Shown here: piece by piece, positions 22,540 to 35,194 of the stretch
Layout: the number at the start of each line of letters is the position of its first letter
How positions within the stretch are numbered: the stretch's first letter is position 1
Assembly: GCF_018977255.1 (NCBI RefSeq)
Contig: NW_024704742.1
Span: forward strand, 57,786,001 to 57,850,000
Origin: Callorhinchus milii
Lineage: Eukaryota
Reading direction: 5' to 3'
Length of the DNA: 64,000 nucleotides
Notes under the pieces: generated by a model
Told to the model about the DNA's origin: nothing
The model's database searches: none
The model's input: only the letters and a program-made list of their open reading frames with translations
Position numbers and translations under genes: made by a program

Positions 22540-24540
22540 ACAATTGTTACATTTTATATTGCATCCTTTCACATTACCAAAATGTTTGAAAGCATTTCAC
22601 GAGGTACTGTAGGGTGTATGGGGAAGGAAGGGGCAAGGCAGAAGTATAGAGGAAGAGTGTTTCAGAGTTTCAGGGAGTAGTGGGCTGAGAGCGTTACCAC
22701 CGATACTGGAACGGAGGGCACGAGGGACATGCAGAAGGCTGGAGCCAGTTCAGCAGAGGCAGTGGGTTGTGGATTGGGCGGTAAGCTGGTTGGAGAGGTA
22801 GGGAAGTGTCAGGGCATGAAAGGAGGCAATGGAGCTTGGCTGGCACTGGTGTGATGCGGGTATCGGTGAGTATGGGTCAGTATGCAGGCAACGGAGTTTT
22901 GGATCAGTTGGATCCTGTGCAGGGGAGACCAGCAAAGAGGGCATTTGGGAAGTCGAGTCAGGAGGTGATGAACGCATTGACGAGTGCTTTGGCTGTTTCT
23001 GCGGTAAGGCACATTCGTAGGCGGGCAATGTGATGGAGGTGGAGGAAGGTGGTCTTGGTTAGGGATTGGATGTGGGGGAGGAAGGACAGCTTTGGGTTCA
23101 ACCTGACGCCAAGGTTTGTACACTGGTTCAGTAAGTCTGAGGGATAGCCCCGGGAGATTGATGAGGTCAGAGCCACAGGATAGAAGCCGTTGGTGGGAGC
23201 CAAAGAGTATGGCTTCCGTCTTGTCAACATTTAGTCATAGGAAGTTTTTGCTCATCCAGTGCCCGATGTCCACCAAACAGAACATCTGCGAATCTGGAGT
23301 CGCAGCTGGAGGGGAAATAGATTTGTGTGTCATCCACATATATATGGAAGTTTATCCCATGTCTGTGGATGACATTGCCAAGAAGGAGTATATAGATGAG
23401 GAAGAGGATGGGCTAAGAATGGAGCCCTGGGCTAGACCACAGGTGACAGGGCAGGGGCTGGAGGAGAAACCATCTGAGGAGATAAAATGAAGGCGGTTTC
23501 TGAGGTAGGACTTGAACCAGGCTAGTGCTGTCCCACTGACATGGATAAGGGAGGAGAGTCAATGGATCAGAATGGCGTGGTCGACTGTGATGTCTGCGCC
23601 AATGCGTTCCAGGAAGTTGAAGAGTCAGAGGGAGCCCTGGTCAAAGAGAAAGAGGATGTCATTTGTGACCTTAACAAGCACTGTGGGCAGAGCGGAAACC
23701 AGACTGGAGTGGAGGGAGAGGTGGAAGCAAACTTGGTTTGGAACAACGCGATTCATAGTTTGGGAAAGAAGGGCAGGTTGGAAATGGGTCAGTAATTTAT
23801 GAGCTTGGAGGGGTCAAGGGTGGGTTTTTTGAGTAGGGGAGTGATCACAGTGAGTTGAAGGGGGAAAGGTACAGAACCTGAGGAGAGTGACTGGTTGCCT
23901 GTATCAGACAGCAGCAGGGAGAGGAGGGGGTGTTGGGTGACCAGCAACTGGGTGCAGAGGGGGTTGAGGCAACAGATGTTGGGCTTTATCTGGGATATGG
24001 TAATTGAGAGGGAGGTGGGAGTAATCAGGGCAAAGGAGTGTAGGGAGTGGGGAGTGGTAGGGTTGCGGTGGAAGGATAGGATGCTGTAGACAGTCTGGGT
24101 GGTGCGGAAAGGGACGTAGGGTAGGAGGATGCAGCCAAGTGGATGTTTTTGATCTCTGACATGAAGAAGTCTAGGACCTCTTTGCATTTGGCTTTAGAGT
24201 TGAGGATGGAGGCAACTTGCGGGTGTGTCAAGAGGAGGTGAGAGATGGTGGAAAACAGTGCAGTTGGGCTGTTTTTGGCCTCCAAAATAGTTTTGGAGTA
24301 AAAGGCAGTTTTGACCTGCGAGGGGGAGAGGTAGTAGTTGTGGAGAACCTCAAACAGTGGATTGTGAGGCCGGATTCGTGCCATCTGTGCTCAAGTGACC
24401 GGGTTTTAGTTCTGAGGGAGCGGAGGTGACTGTTATACCAGGGGAATTGGGTAGGCAGATTTGAAGACAGACGTGGATTTTGAGGTGTCAAGGGAGTTGC
24501 ACAGAGGTGATAGGTTAGCAGCTTAATGGCTGCATCAGGA
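22540..24540 (-). mobile_element. L2 fragment, older subfamily, degraded
   Basis: PWYNSHLRSL, FYSKTILEAKN, ITPLLKKPTLDPS, RIQLIQNS in shifting frames. Confidence 0.82.
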
Positions 24541-24630
24541 TAGCTGCGCGTGAAAATCTCGCTGTGGGAGAAGAGATTCGAGGAAAGATCTATCTTACAA
24601 CATAAGACAGAAACAATAAAGAATAATCAC

Positions 24631-24772
24631 CAGATATTCAGTGTTACCGCTACGCTGAAATATCTCCCCAACGTGTTTAATGCCATTTTTCTTAGCAGCA
24701 GCTTTCACAATGGCTTCTGCTTCTTCCACTCGACCTTGAGACAGCAGCCACCTGGGAGACTCAGGTATAAAC
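24631..24772 (-). CDS. SLC22A5: SLC22A5-like exon 5 (142 nt)
   Basis: ttgcag|[47 protein letters not shown]|gtgatt. The donor was chosen because it gives the phase 0 that exon 6 needs. Confidence 0.85.
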
Positions 24773-25559
24773 CTGCAAAAATGTGGATGCAGCTTAAGAA
24801 AGATTTCTTAATAAACACGGCAGAAAATTTATCAGTGAAATACTGAGATTGGCAACTGGCTGAAATGGGTTCTGATCTTCTTTATCATTCCAGAAAATAA
24901 ACAAATTGGTATCCTGAGGCCTCTCATGAAAATCTCATAATTTAGCCTTAAGACCATTGTCGTAATGAGTACAACAGTGCAGAATCTTGGGAAATTCTTA
25001 CATGCAGTTTTTATAATAATAACAATAATAATTATAATAATTACATTCAGTTTTTACACCTTGGGACCTCCTCCCGATGTGAAAGGTGTTATTTAATGCA
25101 ATTTTTTGTTGTTGTTTATTTTGAAGCCAATTTCCTTCAGTTGTTTAAAAGAACGGCGTAAAAATTTCAGAAATTTCCATAATTCTGCATAATCTTACTA
25201 AATTTCAAAATATTAGGGTGAAAAATATGACATTCAATGCCAGAATTATCAGGTATTTTGTTCCTGGTGATATCCCGATCAATAAATAGTGACCTTGGTT
25301 GCACCCAAAGTGTTTTCAGCACACGTAGTCAGTGGTGTTGCTGAAATTACCTCCCCACTGATTGCTAGATCTCAGAGCTGCTTCACAGAATACTGGTTCA
25401 ACTAAACTTAAGAAGTTATCGACTGTGACATACCCAAGAGTGAAATGGCTGAGATGTGATAATTAACATCAGTAATCAATATGACAATGAATGTCAAATT
25501 TTTGAAATTTTTCACCTCATTATTGATCGAAAGACAATGACAATTTTGGGTGAATGTTT

Positions 25560-26398
25560 ATACAATACAGTATTACATTTGAATAGCGCCTTTCACGTTG
25601 AGAAGACGTACCAAGGCGCTGGACAGTCAGGGATTAGGACCCAACCCGGGGGAATTTGGGATCAAGGAGAGTGGAGGGCAGGGAAGGTAGGCGGATGGCC
25701 GAAGACACGATCAAAGAGGAGGGTCTTGAGACTTGCCTTGAACAGGCAAGGGAATGAGCAAGGTGAAGGGAATGTGGGATGGAGATCCATAGGGTAGGGG
25801 CGGAGAGGCTGAAGGCCTGACCTTTGAAGGTGGGGTTGGCCAGGCAGGGGGTATGGAACAGGCCAGAGCCCACTGAGTGGAGGAAGCGGACAGATTGATA
25901 TTGGTTGCAGAGGTAGGAAGGAGCAAGGCATTGAAGAGATTTGAAGGCGAGGACAAAGACTCTGTCCTCTGGGGGATGGGGAGCCAATGGAGCCAGGCGA
26001 GGGTAGGCATAATGGAGTTATGGAGCCTGTGTGGGAGAGCTGCGAAGGTGGAGGCAGCGAGATAGAGATGAGTGTCATTTGCATACATGTGGAAGTTGAC
26101 CCCATGTCTGCGGATGATGTCACTAAGATGCAGCATGCACAGGTTGAAGAGGCGAGGACCAAGAACAGAGCCCTGAGGAACACTGTACGAGACGGGGGCT
26201 GGAGATGGTGTAGGGGCTAGAGGAGAAACTGTTTGTATAGACAAAGTGGAGACGGTGTGAGAGGTAGAATCTGAACCATTCAAGGACAGAACCATGAAGG
26301 TTGAGGTGAGAGGAGAGGCAGTGGAGGATAGTGTGGTCAACTGTATCAAAGGCAGCAGAGAGGTCGAGGAGGACAAGGAGACAGAGGGAGTCGTGGTC

Positions 26399-26440
<42 letters not shown>

Positions 26441-27000
26441 TGCTGTGGGTAGTACAGAAACCCGATTGGAGGGGCTCATATAGGGAATGGTGGGAGAGGA
26501 AGTTGCTAACGTGGGAAGCAACAATTCGTTCAAGGGCCTTGGAAAGGAAAGGGAGGTTGGAGATAAGGCAGTAATTTGAGAGCAGGGATAGGTCCAGGGA
26601 AGGTTTTTTAAGGATAGGGTTCATGACTTTTTTTAAAAAAGTACTATTATTATTATGATGGCTGTTTTTAAGAGGGTGGGAACAGTGCCAGTGGATAGGG
26701 GAGAGGTTGATGAGGTCTGTAAGTAGATGGGCAAGGAGGTGAAGCTGTGAGGTAAGGAGAGGGGTAGGGATGAGGTCGACGGAGCAGGTGGTGGGTTTCA
26801 TGTGGTGAAACCATATTGGTGGTGAGAGAGGAGAGGGAGACAGGTTCGAAAGTGTGGAGGGAGGGTGGGTAGGAGTTGGAGTGTGAGGGGGATATGGGGA
26901 GGGAATAGCAGTTGAAAGGGCAGAGGCAGCTGAGTGCATCCCTTCAATTTTGGTCTCGAGGATGTCCAGCATCTCCTCGCTGTTGGAGTTGGGGGAGGAT
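25560..27000 (-). mobile_element. L2 3' half with internal deletions and a (GACA)n tract
   Basis: [32 protein letters not shown] and L2 tail. Confidence 0.85.
26399..26440. repeat. (GACA)n microsatellite, about 10 units
   Basis: acagacagac... read directly. Confidence 0.95.
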
Positions 27001-27319
27001 TATATTATCATATTATAATAATCCTTGCATTTGATATACTATAGTGTCTTATTACGTCATTGAGACGTCTCGAAGCACTGCACAGAATGTACTATGAAGT
27101 GGTGTGATTGTGTATTTTGTGAGCGAACACGGTAGGCAATTTGCACATAGCAATGCCCCATAAACAATTCTGGAGTGAATGACTAATTTTATTGTTGGCC
27201 AAGACTCTGGGATAAACTCCATTTATGTGCAAATACATTGTACTTAATGCATTCATGTTTTTGTGTGCTGCAACTTATATGTCCTACCGAGTCAGCAATA
27301 ATGTATAAATTAATAACGA

Positions 27320-27762
27320 TAATAATAATACTCCTAGCGTTTGATATAGCGCCTCATCACGCTTTTGAGACATCTCAAAGATGTCTCATCTTAGCTGAGC
27401 GCAATTGGCTGCTGCGTTTCGCCCACAAAATATACAGTCAACTCACGTTACAGAATATACTGTAACGTGAGTTGACTGTATATTTTGTGGGCGAAACGCA
27501 GCAGCCAATTGCGCTCAGCAGTATCCCACAAACAGTTATAGATTGAGTGACCAAATTATTAGAATTTTTTTTTTGAAGGAATTATTATCCCCGGAAAAGC
27601 GATCCGCCAATCGACTAACAACCGGGTTTCTATTTACTGGTCGGTGAACTGAGGTTGTGAAGTAAGGAAATTTGCACAGCATTTCACCCTGCCTGGAATC
27701 TAACCTAGGTCCTCTTGCTTGCGGGGCGACTGCTTTAACCACAAAGCTTGCAGGAATCCATG
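27320..27762 (-). mobile_element. tRNA-derived SINE, long form, with an internal inverted duplication
   Basis: Head at about 27690-27762, tail at about 27320-27380. Confidence 0.8.
27394..27519. repeat. Perfect inverted repeat: 60-bp arms, 6-nt spacer
   Basis: 27394-27453 is the exact reverse complement of 27460-27519; spacer AATATA. Confidence 0.97.
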
Positions 27763-28475
27763 TACCCATCTCTGTACTTTCTTGTTTATCGTGTCGAACT
27801 AAAGATCATTTGATTCAGGCATTGTGAACTACACGTAGTGGCCACTAGGTGACAAGTGACTAGAGGACTGGCTCCCAACTTTCTAACCACCACTGTTAAC
27901 CTGTTACAATACCTTGTAATTTGAAACTGTAGTCTTTAGAGATTGTTCTAAGGTATTTTTAATATCATATTTTTTCTGGCCTGGATCTCCCTAGTTAGAA
28001 AACATTATTTCCCAATATTAATAAATCCACAGTCAAAACCATTCTGTGAAGTGCTTTGGGGCATCTCAACAACGTGATAAGGTGTTAGATCAAATAACAC
28101 CTTTGATGTTATGATATCGTTACTGAAGATAGATTCATATATCTAAGAGGTGGTCCCTTCCACCTCACCCAGACCACCTTCTAAAGTGACTCCTCCTGGG
28201 GAATAGGTTGTTTAAGTTCTTCAAGGAGCTACCCCACATAAAGGGCACTACAGTAAACTACAGATGACTGAACCATGACATAGCCATACTTTTATTATCC
28301 TGGCCGCTTCCCATGTAAAATGTTAATAAGGGACTCTGTTTTACTTGTCTTTGCTTAATACGTAAATAGTCGCATTCTGGAAATTCTTGCAAGTACTTAC
28401 AATGTTAAATTAATTGGGTAGCTCGTCTTATAAAATATGCAAGCATCTTGCATTGTAGAGACCTCCGGCCCTATC

Positions 28476-28712
28476 CTGTGATTGGAAAGGTGCCCAACAG
28501 AGGTTGGGCGTGAATGCTCAGATGTATTTCAGAGGTTTTTGGTCTCTTGAAAACTGTGCTATGGCCTCCTACCCTGCCTCCCACCCTATCATGTCACAAA
28601 CCACAGTACAGCTGTTTAATGGATCAAAGGCCTCGGCGATAGGATAGGAGCCCTTTGCAATACATCTGAGCATGCGTCCCCAACTTCTACTGAGCTCCTG
28701 CACCAGTCACAG
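28476..28712. repeat. Imperfect inverted repeat of about 60 bp (decayed MITE-like)
   Basis: Perfect 15-bp core atgctcagatgtatt (28514-28528) with aatacatctgagcat (28659-28673); the flanks pair imperfectly. Confidence 0.7.
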
Positions 28713-29389
28713 CCCCACTTTATGGCCCAGGAAAACCTATGCTTAACTACCTGCTCCGGATAACAAGTCTCAGCCTTTTTCCGTTGGAGTGACAAGTTAT
28801 CACCAGTTTACTGTATATAAATACAGGCTTTTGTTGTTTCTCATGCTGCTCCAATACTGACGACATAAGCATCTGTAGGGTTTTTTTTGAACACACACTC
28901 TTTAACCGAGAGCTTCAACTTTGAATGGAAACTCAACACTCAAAACTTGGGTTAACGTCCATGGACCTATTTGAATGCTTAATTAGTCTGCTAAGATAAT
29001 GCCAAACATGTCTTATTGAAATGAAACACCTTTACATTCAGGCCATTCACTATTGAAGAATTTGGGGCATCAATGCAATATTACATTCCAGCCTATTGGA
29101 GTATAGAATACGTTTTATAGTCAATTTTAATGTTATGAAGAATTTTATCCATGCTCTCACATTTATTTTGAATCAACTTAATTCTCAACCATGTACACAC
29201 ATGCCATATACACAAACACACCCTGTACACACAAACCATGTACACACACACTGTACACACGCATTTCCTGTACACACGCATATCCTGTACACATACTTTT
29301 TCTGTTGGGAATGAAAGATAAAGCATTTTCCTCCATCATTAACTGAATATTAATAAGTAAAGAAACAATAAATGAAAATGATAACTCAC

Positions 29390-29561
29390 CACCACAAAGG
29401 AAAACACAGAAGTTCTGGCAGGAACAAAGCCAATATTAACATTCGCCAATCTCGGACGAAATATGCGATCAGAGGCAGAATGGCATACCCCAAGGCAAAA
29501 AAAAAGCAGATTCCAATTGAGGTGTAAGCGGTTCTCACAGATTTGGTAAACAACTCCACTC
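29390..29561 (-). CDS. SLC22A5: SLC22A5-like exon 4 (172 nt)
   Basis: ttccag|[57 protein letters not shown]|gtgagt; translated by hand, not in the ORF track frame. Confidence 0.92.
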
Positions 29562-29789
29562 CTGGAAATGAGAGGAAAATAAGTTAATTTACAAGCGAGG
29601 TGGATCAACCCTTGTGAATGTTGGGATCTTCAGCCAGTTCGCTCACAAATAGTATACTTTACAGTAAAATCTATGAAGCGCTTTGAGACGTCCTCTGCAA
29701 GTAAAAGTTGCTATGTCAAGTTCAAGGATTTTTATATTTCTGATAAGCCACCCACAGATTGAGGTTCACAATGTCTATCTGTAGGGGGC

Positions 29790-30830
29790 AAGGAAATGGA
29801 GCTAGCAAGTAAGTAGAGGGGGAGGGATAAGGTCAAGGGAATGACCATGGGTATGAGTGGTGGAGTTGATGTGGAGTAAGAGGTTGTGAAAGGAGAGGAG
29901 GGAAGAGAATGAAGCAGAGGTGGAGCAAGTAGGGGTGAAGTGGAGGTTGAAGTTGCCCAAGTTGAGGAGGCATTCAGAACAGAGACAGAGAGAAATTAGG
30001 AGGTTGGAGCAATCAGAAAGGAAAGTGGAGGAAGGTTTGGGGGTGAACAATAAACTAGGAGGATTTTAAAGGAAAGATTGGTGGGATGGTAAAGAGTAAG
30101 GTGCTCAAAGATGGGCAAGGATCCATAGTAGTCAGGGGGAAGGCTCAGAGAAGTCCTGGAGATGAGAACCATGGCATCGCCATGATGGTTGAGTCAGGTG
30201 GTATGATAGAAGATGTAACTGGGTGGGGTAGGCTCAGTGAGGTGTAAGGTATCACCCGAGTCATCCAGCTTTCAGTGAAGGCGAGGATGTCAATGTTTTT
30301 GTTGACAATCAGGTTATGAAGGGCTTTATTGGAGATGGAGCAGGCATTTTGTAGGGCGATGCGCAAGGGACAGACAGAAGAAGAGTTTATAAGATGAGTG
30401 GGGAGATGGAGGAGAAGAATTGACAGGAAGGGTGGGAAGGTGAATTAGAGAGGAGAGGTTCACTCCAAGAGGATTGCGGTGAACATGTGGGATGGGCAGT
30501 CAGGGTGGCTGCTGTTAGACAGCTGATGGCGTGTGCCATGATGAGCCTGGCGGAGGATTCCAAGGCTAGAACAGAGGGAGATTGTGGGATGGTCAAGAAG
30601 GAAGATGAGGTGGGGAGGATGGTAAGAGAGGAGAAGCTAACCGGAGTAATGGAGGATAGGGAACAGAAGACAGGGTATTTATGGGGATGGCAGCTCAGGT
30701 CAGGGGTTGCAGCCAAAACGGACATGCCAAGACTAGGAGTATCTGTTCATAGAGCCAGCAGGACAAGGTCAGCCTACTGGTGTGGGAGAGCTGAGTAGAG
30801 AAGTGGAGAGGGGTCAGAGAGTCTGGAGCG
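29790..30830 (-). mobile_element. L2 5' fragment (N-terminus and APE domain), degraded
   Basis: RIALQNACSISNKA...DILAFTESW, LGNFNLHF, HTHGHSLDLI. Confidence 0.8.
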
Positions 30831-31198
30831 ATGGGAACAAAGCATATTATACACAAAAGCAACCGAAACAACAAATACGGTTAGTAGAGCACAATGTGTC
30901 TGCAAATACTGCACCTCTGTAATAATAATAAACCTTGCATTTGATATAGTGCCATTTCACGTCATCAAGAATATACTGTAAAGTATAACAAAGCGCTTCA
31001 CAGAATAATCTGTAAAGTGCAGTGACTGTGTATATTGTGGGCGAAATGCAGCAGCCAATTTCACACAGCACATACACACAGTGGTGGATATTCTAATGAA
31101 TAACAGACATGTCTCAGTTTACCTCAGCTTTTGTCTCAGGTTTTGTTTCAGCTCTACAGCTACATTTACAAACATGAAGTCCAAACTTAAAAACTTAC

Positions 31199-31353
31199 CT
31201 AAAACAAAAGAGGTTGTATAATTTGAGACATCTCCAACCCCAATTAAAAAACACAATACACAAAACATCTCCCAGCTCTGTACGGCTGCTTGGCTTAAAC
31301 TTAAGATTGTCTGTATTGCAATGCCTCCAAAGAGAACGATTTTTCTTCCATAC
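31199..31353 (-). CDS. SLC22A5: SLC22A5-like exon 3 (155 nt)
   Basis: ttatag|YGRKIVLFGGIAIQTILSLSQAAVQSWEMFCVLCFLIGVGDVSNYTTSFVLG|gtaagt. Confidence 0.93.
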
Positions 31354-31804
31354 CTATAAAACATCAAAGCAAAGCAGTAAGCCTTTCAGTCACCATCAGA
31401 TAATATTTGAGATAATTTAAACTTCAGATAGCTTTAATTTCAATTGTGCTCCTCATTGTTCATCAGTGGTACATCTGTACAGCACATTGATATTTAACTT
31501 CAGAATTACCCAATAACTACAGTAATTTAATGTTCTAGCAACCTTATATGTATAAAGAAATCTAACCTCCCCATTTCCTTCTGATGTTAATTTAGAATGT
31601 ATGCCCTCTTGCTACTGGTTCATTAATAGGTGAAAATATTTTCTCCCTATTTAAAACCATTCATAATAATAGACATATTCTATTAGATTCCTCTATTAAA
31701 CTTATCTGTTTCACCAAAAAAAGTTTCAATTTTCAATTATTTCCAAGCAAACTATAACTTTTATTCCCAAGTGAATCTATTGTGCCTCTGCCAAGCCTGT
31801 GACA

Positions 31805-33750
31805 TACAGCTTCACACTCGTCTATGCTAAATTGTCCTTCTACTCCAAGATAATTTTGGAGGCCAAGGATAACCCCAGGCTCCTCTTCTCTACCACGAAC
31901 CGGCTCCTCCGCCCACCCTCTCACGCCTCGCCCATCCTCTCCTCCAACTCCAACCGTGAGGAGATGCTGAACTTTCTCAAGAACAAAATCGAGGGGATCC
32001 GCTCAGCCGACTCTGCCTTTCCAACTGCTATCCCCTCCCATCTCCCCCTCACACTCCAGCCCCTACCCATTCTTTCTTCCACACCTTCAAACCTGTCTCC
32101 CACTCCTCTCAACACCATTATAACCCACATGAAACTGACCACCTGTTCCCTTGACCCCATCCCTACCCCTCTCCTTACCTCCCAGCTCCACCTACTTGCC
32201 CCTCTACTCATGGACATTATCAACCTCTCTCGGTCCACTGGCACCATTCCCACCACCTTAAAAACAACTGTCATCACTCCTATGCTCAAAAATCCTTCCC
32301 TGGACCCATCCCTGCTCGCCAATTACTACCCCATCTTCACCCTCCCTTTTCTTTCCAAGGTCCTGGAACAAGTCGCTTCCCAGCTTCACTCCTTCCTCTC
32401 CCGCCACTCCCTAAATGAACACCTCCAATCAGATTTCTGTGCCGCCCACAGCACACAAACAGCCTCGGTCAAAGTGACAAATTAAATCTGTGACCAAGGC
32501 TCCCTCTGTCTACTCATCTTCCTTGACCACTGCCTTTCCTTTCACTTCAACTTTCACAGCTCTGCCCTTGACTGGTTTAGATACTACCTCTCACACCGTC
32601 TCCATTTCATCTCCACATATGGTTTCTCCTCTAGCCCCTGCACCATCTTGTGTGGCATTCTTCAGGACTCTGTCCTTGGTCTTCTCCTCTTCAATATCTA
32701 CATGCACTCTCTTGATGAAATCATCCGCAGACATGGGTCAACTTCCACATGTTGGTTGACACCCAACTTGATCTCTAGGGCTCCACCTTCAATTCCAGGA
32801 CCACTGCTGGCTTGATGGAATGTCTGCCAGATATCAAGTCCTGGATGAGAACTAACTTTCTCCAGTTGAATGTCAACAAGACCAAGGCCCTTTTCATTGG
32901 CTCCCATCAGTGCCTCCACACATCAGGCACTGGCAGCAACACCATCCATGGATACACAATCCATCTTACTGAGCCAATCCGGAACCTCAGTGTCTTGTTT
33001 AACCATCTACTGTGCTTTCTATCCCACATCCATGCCATGACCCATTCTGCTTCCCTCACCTCCGCAACATCACCCAGCTCCGCCACTGCATCTCCCCTCA
33101 GGCCACCGAAACCCTCATCCATGCATTCATCACATCTAGGCTTGATTATGCCAACTCCCTGCTTGTCGGACTTCCCAGCTCTTCCCTCCACAAGCTGCAG
33201 ATCATCCAGAACTCTGTCGCTTGGGTCCTCCCTCGCACCAGGCTCCATGACCCTATCACTCACACCCTCACCTGGCTCCACTGGTTCCCCATTCCCCAGA
33301 GGATAGTGTTCAAAATCCTTGTCCTCACTTTCAATGCCCTCCATGTCCTTGCTCCTTCCTGCCACTGTGATCTGCTAACCCCATGTTAAACTGTTCACTC
33401 TCTACATTCAACAGGCTCTGGCCTGTTCCATATCCCCACCCAACCCATCTCCCTTTCAGCCTTTGGGCTTTCAGTTTCTCTGCCCCACCGTTTGGAACTC
33501 CATCCCTCAGTCCCTTTGTCTTGCTCCTTCCCTTGCCTCCCTCAAAGCATGTCTGAAGACCCTCTTCTTCGACTGCGTCTTTGGCCACCCTCTTACCCCT
33601 CCCCTCCCTTCCACCACCCCTGATCCCAAACCCCTAATCCCAAACTCCTGCTCGGGTCCAAATCCCTGACTGTCCAGTGCATTGGGACATCCTCCTAACT
33701 TGAAAGGAGCTTTACAATCTAATTTGTTGCTGCTGCTGCTGTTGTTATTG
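31805..33750 (+). mobile_element. L2 3' two-thirds, degraded
   Basis: [20 protein letters not shown]...[10 protein letters not shown]...LHWFPIPQRI; L2 tail. Confidence 0.88.
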
Positions 33751-34976
33751 TGATGTCCTTTCAATAGTAGGACACTAAAACAGTATACCATCTGGGCCAG
33801 GCTGTCATAATGCAGTAATGGGAGACTTTCAAGACTTCATGATACTATTTGAAAAGAGCAGGGTGTTTCTCCTTTGGTCCTGGCCAACAATCCCACAGAT
33901 AAAATTGGTCATGGCTGTTTATGGGACATTTCTGTGTACAAATTGACTGCTCCATTTACCTACAAATACACAATCACTACATTTTACAGAAAACCAAAGT
34001 GCTTTGTGATGTTTTGATGCGATAAGGTCATAAGGACATTTTAAATGCAAGGTTTTTTTGAATGGAATTGAATGGAAGTAATCTACTTTTCCATTCATTA
34101 GTCTTATAGCTGAGGCTGAAACTGTCCTCAAACAATATCTGGAAATGTGCACTTTCCAGTCAGGATCACTGGACAATGATCAAAATAGTAAATCGTTACT
34201 TGACTTTTTCCCATTAGCCGAAGGTTTTTTGGGTCAATTGTTACTTCAGATGAGATCAGCTTAGTTAGTACCACCCAGAATTTGAAGCTGCAACCTTCTA
34301 GTCTGCAAAGGTTAGTGCTGGACTACATGGTATATTTACCAATTAGACCATTGGGAAAGCTGCTTTTGCTTCTGTTGACTTAACATAAATGCTTCATGGT
34401 TTCATTCCAGTAATTTGGTGGCCCAATAATGCACTATAGAAGGGCTCACTACTGCAGATGGCTTGAACTTAAAAAAAGCTTCTGATTAAATGATCATGTG
34501 AGAATAACCCACACTCATCAGAATCTAAGGAATTAACGCTTCCTTTCAATTTAACAAGCCAGGAGTTGCACTGTGTAAAACACATCCCATGTGACCAAAT
34601 ATAACAATTGGCTTCATCCACATTCCCAAATTTTGCTTCTTGCATTTACCCAGCCTTTATCATGCCCAGGTTTTACTATGCCAACTGTGGGATTTCAGCC
34701 ATTCTGCCCTCTCCCTCTGGGAATCTATCCTGGAGTCCCTCAAACTCGCTCCTTCCCGACCTCTGCTCATTCAAGGCACATCTCAAAATGTACCTCCTTG
34801 ATTGCGCTTTTAGTCATTTTCCCCACCCCACTTCCCCTTAGTTCCTACCCTTTACCTTAGAAGCCCATCCAGCATTGTCAAGCCCTTTGTGATGTCCTCC
34901 GAGTGTGAAAGGCACTACCTAAATGTGAATTGTATTGTATCGTAACATGTTCTCAATACAATAACTATAGCTATAC

Positions 34977-35080
34977 CTGTCTGATAAATGTCCTGCCAAT
35001 AGTGATCCACATAGATTCCCAAAGAAACGCAAGGATATGGGCACTGGTATTTTCCAGTCATCATTACAGACCAGGTCCCA
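34977..35080 (-). CDS. SLC22A5: SLC22A5-like exon 2 (104 nt)
   Basis: ttgcag|WDLVCNDDWKIPVPISLRFFGNLCGSLLAGHLSDR|gtatag. Confidence 0.93.
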
Positions 35081-35194
35081 CTGCAAGAAAAGCAAACAAT
35101 TTTTTATAAATGCTCTGGCACTTTTAACATCTAGTTGATAATTAGTTCTGTTAAAAATCAGTAACAAATCTCAAACCCAAGATACAGAAGACAA

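Noticed and set aside
24646..24648. Alternative exon 5 donor G|gtaaca, closer to the usual exon size
   Set aside because: Gives 125 nt and phase 1, which is out of frame with exon 6.
29190..29295. Cys/Val-rich and His/Thr-rich short ORFs
   Set aside because: Translations of a degenerate (CA)n/TGTACACAC low-complexity tract.
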